Source: Anthoceros angustus
Taxonomy: Eukaryota > Plantae > Anthocerotophyta
DNA length: 64,000 nt
Assembly: GCA_010909165.1 (NCBI GenBank)
Contig: MU008191.1
Coordinates: 62,001 to 126,000 of the forward strand
Direction: 5' to 3'
The translations under genes were made by a program, and so were the position numbers. This document shows, one piece after another, positions 62,601 to 64,000 of this stretch. The notes beneath the pieces are model-generated. The model was not told the origin of the DNA. It searched no databases and saw nothing but the letters and a program-made list of their open reading frames with translations. The first letter of the stretch is position 1; every line of letters begins with the position of its first letter.

Positions 62601-63537
62601 CCACCATGTATGGGGAAACACACCAATTGTGAAGAAGTGTGATGCTTGTCGGCGGATCGAAGCCGCCACAACACAATGGCCGTTAGTGCCCATACTAGCA
62701 CTAGCGCCTTTTGAGAAGTGGGGCATCGACCGTTGGACCTATCGATAGCACCGAGGCACACACAAAGCGGTACATCTTGGTGGCAGACTCGCACGGTGGG
62801 TGGGCGGTCGCTACTAGCGGACTCTGCGAGCACGGTGGCCAAATTCCTCTCTGAAAACATCATCACAAGGTATGGGTGTCCGTTGCGGTAGTAGCGATCG
62901 GGGAACCCATTTCCTCAATGATGTGATAAGCGCAATGACGGACTATTTCGGCATCACACATCGTAAAACGGCCCCTACAATCCAGGCCAGATTGTGAGAA
63001 GACCAATGGACTTATCTCGCCGATCCTCAATAAGCGGCGGTTAACTATCGTTGGGATACAAAGCGCCATCGGCGCTATGGGCGTTGAGCGAGAGAAGGTA
63101 ACCATAGCGAACTCCGTATTATCGACCTATGGGCACTCACCCGTTATGCGGTCGAGTTTGAGGTGCCAACACTCCGGTCATGATGGAAAGGCGCTTAACG
63201 GATGAAGAGAGCCACTGGAGGCGGTTGCTAGGGTTTTGTCTGACATCGGAGGCCGGGAAGAGGCGCAGCAATGCGATGCAGAATCAAGCATGGCGTGGCA
63301 TGATAGGCGCCTTAGGAATCGGGAGTATGTGAAGGAGGAGATCGGCCCTCCTTTCTGACGGACATATGCACTTCCGGGTAAACTCCACCTCGATGGATGG
63401 GACCTTACCAAGTCGTGGTATACCCCAATGGGTCCGTTCGACGGCGGTTGGATGGTGCTGCCCACTCGGGTGAGCGGTGGCGGGTGAAAAAGTACCACGC
63501 TTAGTGTTGGGAGGCATGTAGCGGTGAGAAGGGAGTA

Positions 63538-64000
63538 TGTGGACTACGGACTTCGGGGTTAGAAATTAGGTAGGGTTTTGTTTTTTGAGGGGAGGATAAA
63601 ATGAGGCGAAAAGGGAAATAAGCATGGGTAGCACTCCTGACGACTGAGTATACTCCGACCGAGTGAGGAACGCACTGACCTACTATGGTAGGTGCCACGG
63701 TAACGATAAGTCCGGACCCACTCCAAGACCGTGCAGGGTACGCGGAAAGTAACTTAGAGTTGAGCCGGAGCGGACCAGGCGACGCCACGCGCAACTCGAG
63801 TGGAGGACGGCATGCCGTCAGACAGAATCTGCAGGGTGTATTCACGCCGCGACGCGCGCGAAGGCCGAGTACGCGCGCGGCCGCAGTAAGCGGAGGCGGG
63901 GCGTGCAGCTGCGCGCACCGCGCTACGACATGTGGAAGAGGCGCCCCCGCCTGGGCCGTTACTCCCAAGGCGTGGGAAGGTCATCACGCAGCCTCGAGAC
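63538..64000 (+). repeat. Gypsy 3' LTR, 5' portion
   Basis: Follows the PPT and aligns to 44885-~45400. Confidence 0.9.

Larger units (their letters stand above)
44885..64000 (+). mobile_element. Large non-chromoviral (Athila-like) Ty3/gypsy LTR retrotransposon, heavily indel-ridden and internally duplicated; extends beyond the window
   Basis: TGTGGACTACGGACTT starts both 44885 and 63538. Gag from ~51582 with CAVCHQHGHSKANC zinc knuckle; PR VPLDTGS; RT EWVAPIVVV, KLNAATKK.HFPMPFVDD, FMEVFLDD; RNaseH YTTTEREALGMVYAVKKFRHYL; IN WWPTMY, PFEKWGID, SDRGTHF in gypsy order; PPT GAGAAGGGAG 63526-63535. Confidence 0.93.

Overview
Eukaryotic, land-plant-like nuclear DNA. Compact genes with mostly ~70-110 bp GT-AG introns and fairly high GC suggest a non-seed plant such as a hornwort or lycophyte (inference only). 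From left to right: a decayed CRE-type non-LTR retrotransposon ending in a 12-bp minisatellite; a ~2.2-kb TIR DNA transposon with TATGG...CCATA ends and a 6-bp TSD (IS3EU-like signature); then a gene-dense block from 5.4 to 39.7 kb. That block holds a broken L-type lectin receptor kinase, COBRA-like, membralin, a NudC/CS-domain protein, plastid adenylate kinase+DUF1995, proline iminopeptidase, CASP-like 5, a double-module EMB506/AKRP-type ankyrin protein head-to-head with PRPP synthetase, and a PRK10717/fungal-type cysteine synthase. The last 24 kb is a Ty1/copia element whose 3' LTR is interrupted by a very large Athila-like Ty3/gypsy element; its 5' LTR appears to be ~6.5 kb as assembled and contains a ~2-kb degenerate ORF. 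Several ~1-2 kb tandem duplications carry indels or microhomology junctions and are probably long-read assembly artefacts, so frameshifts in repeats and multicopy genes should be treated with caution. Best leads: duplicated alternative exons that could give short or long adenylate kinase from one gene, an EMB506+AKRP-like tandem protein, an IS3EU-like transposon in a plant, and an ORF apparently inside the U3 of a giant LTR.
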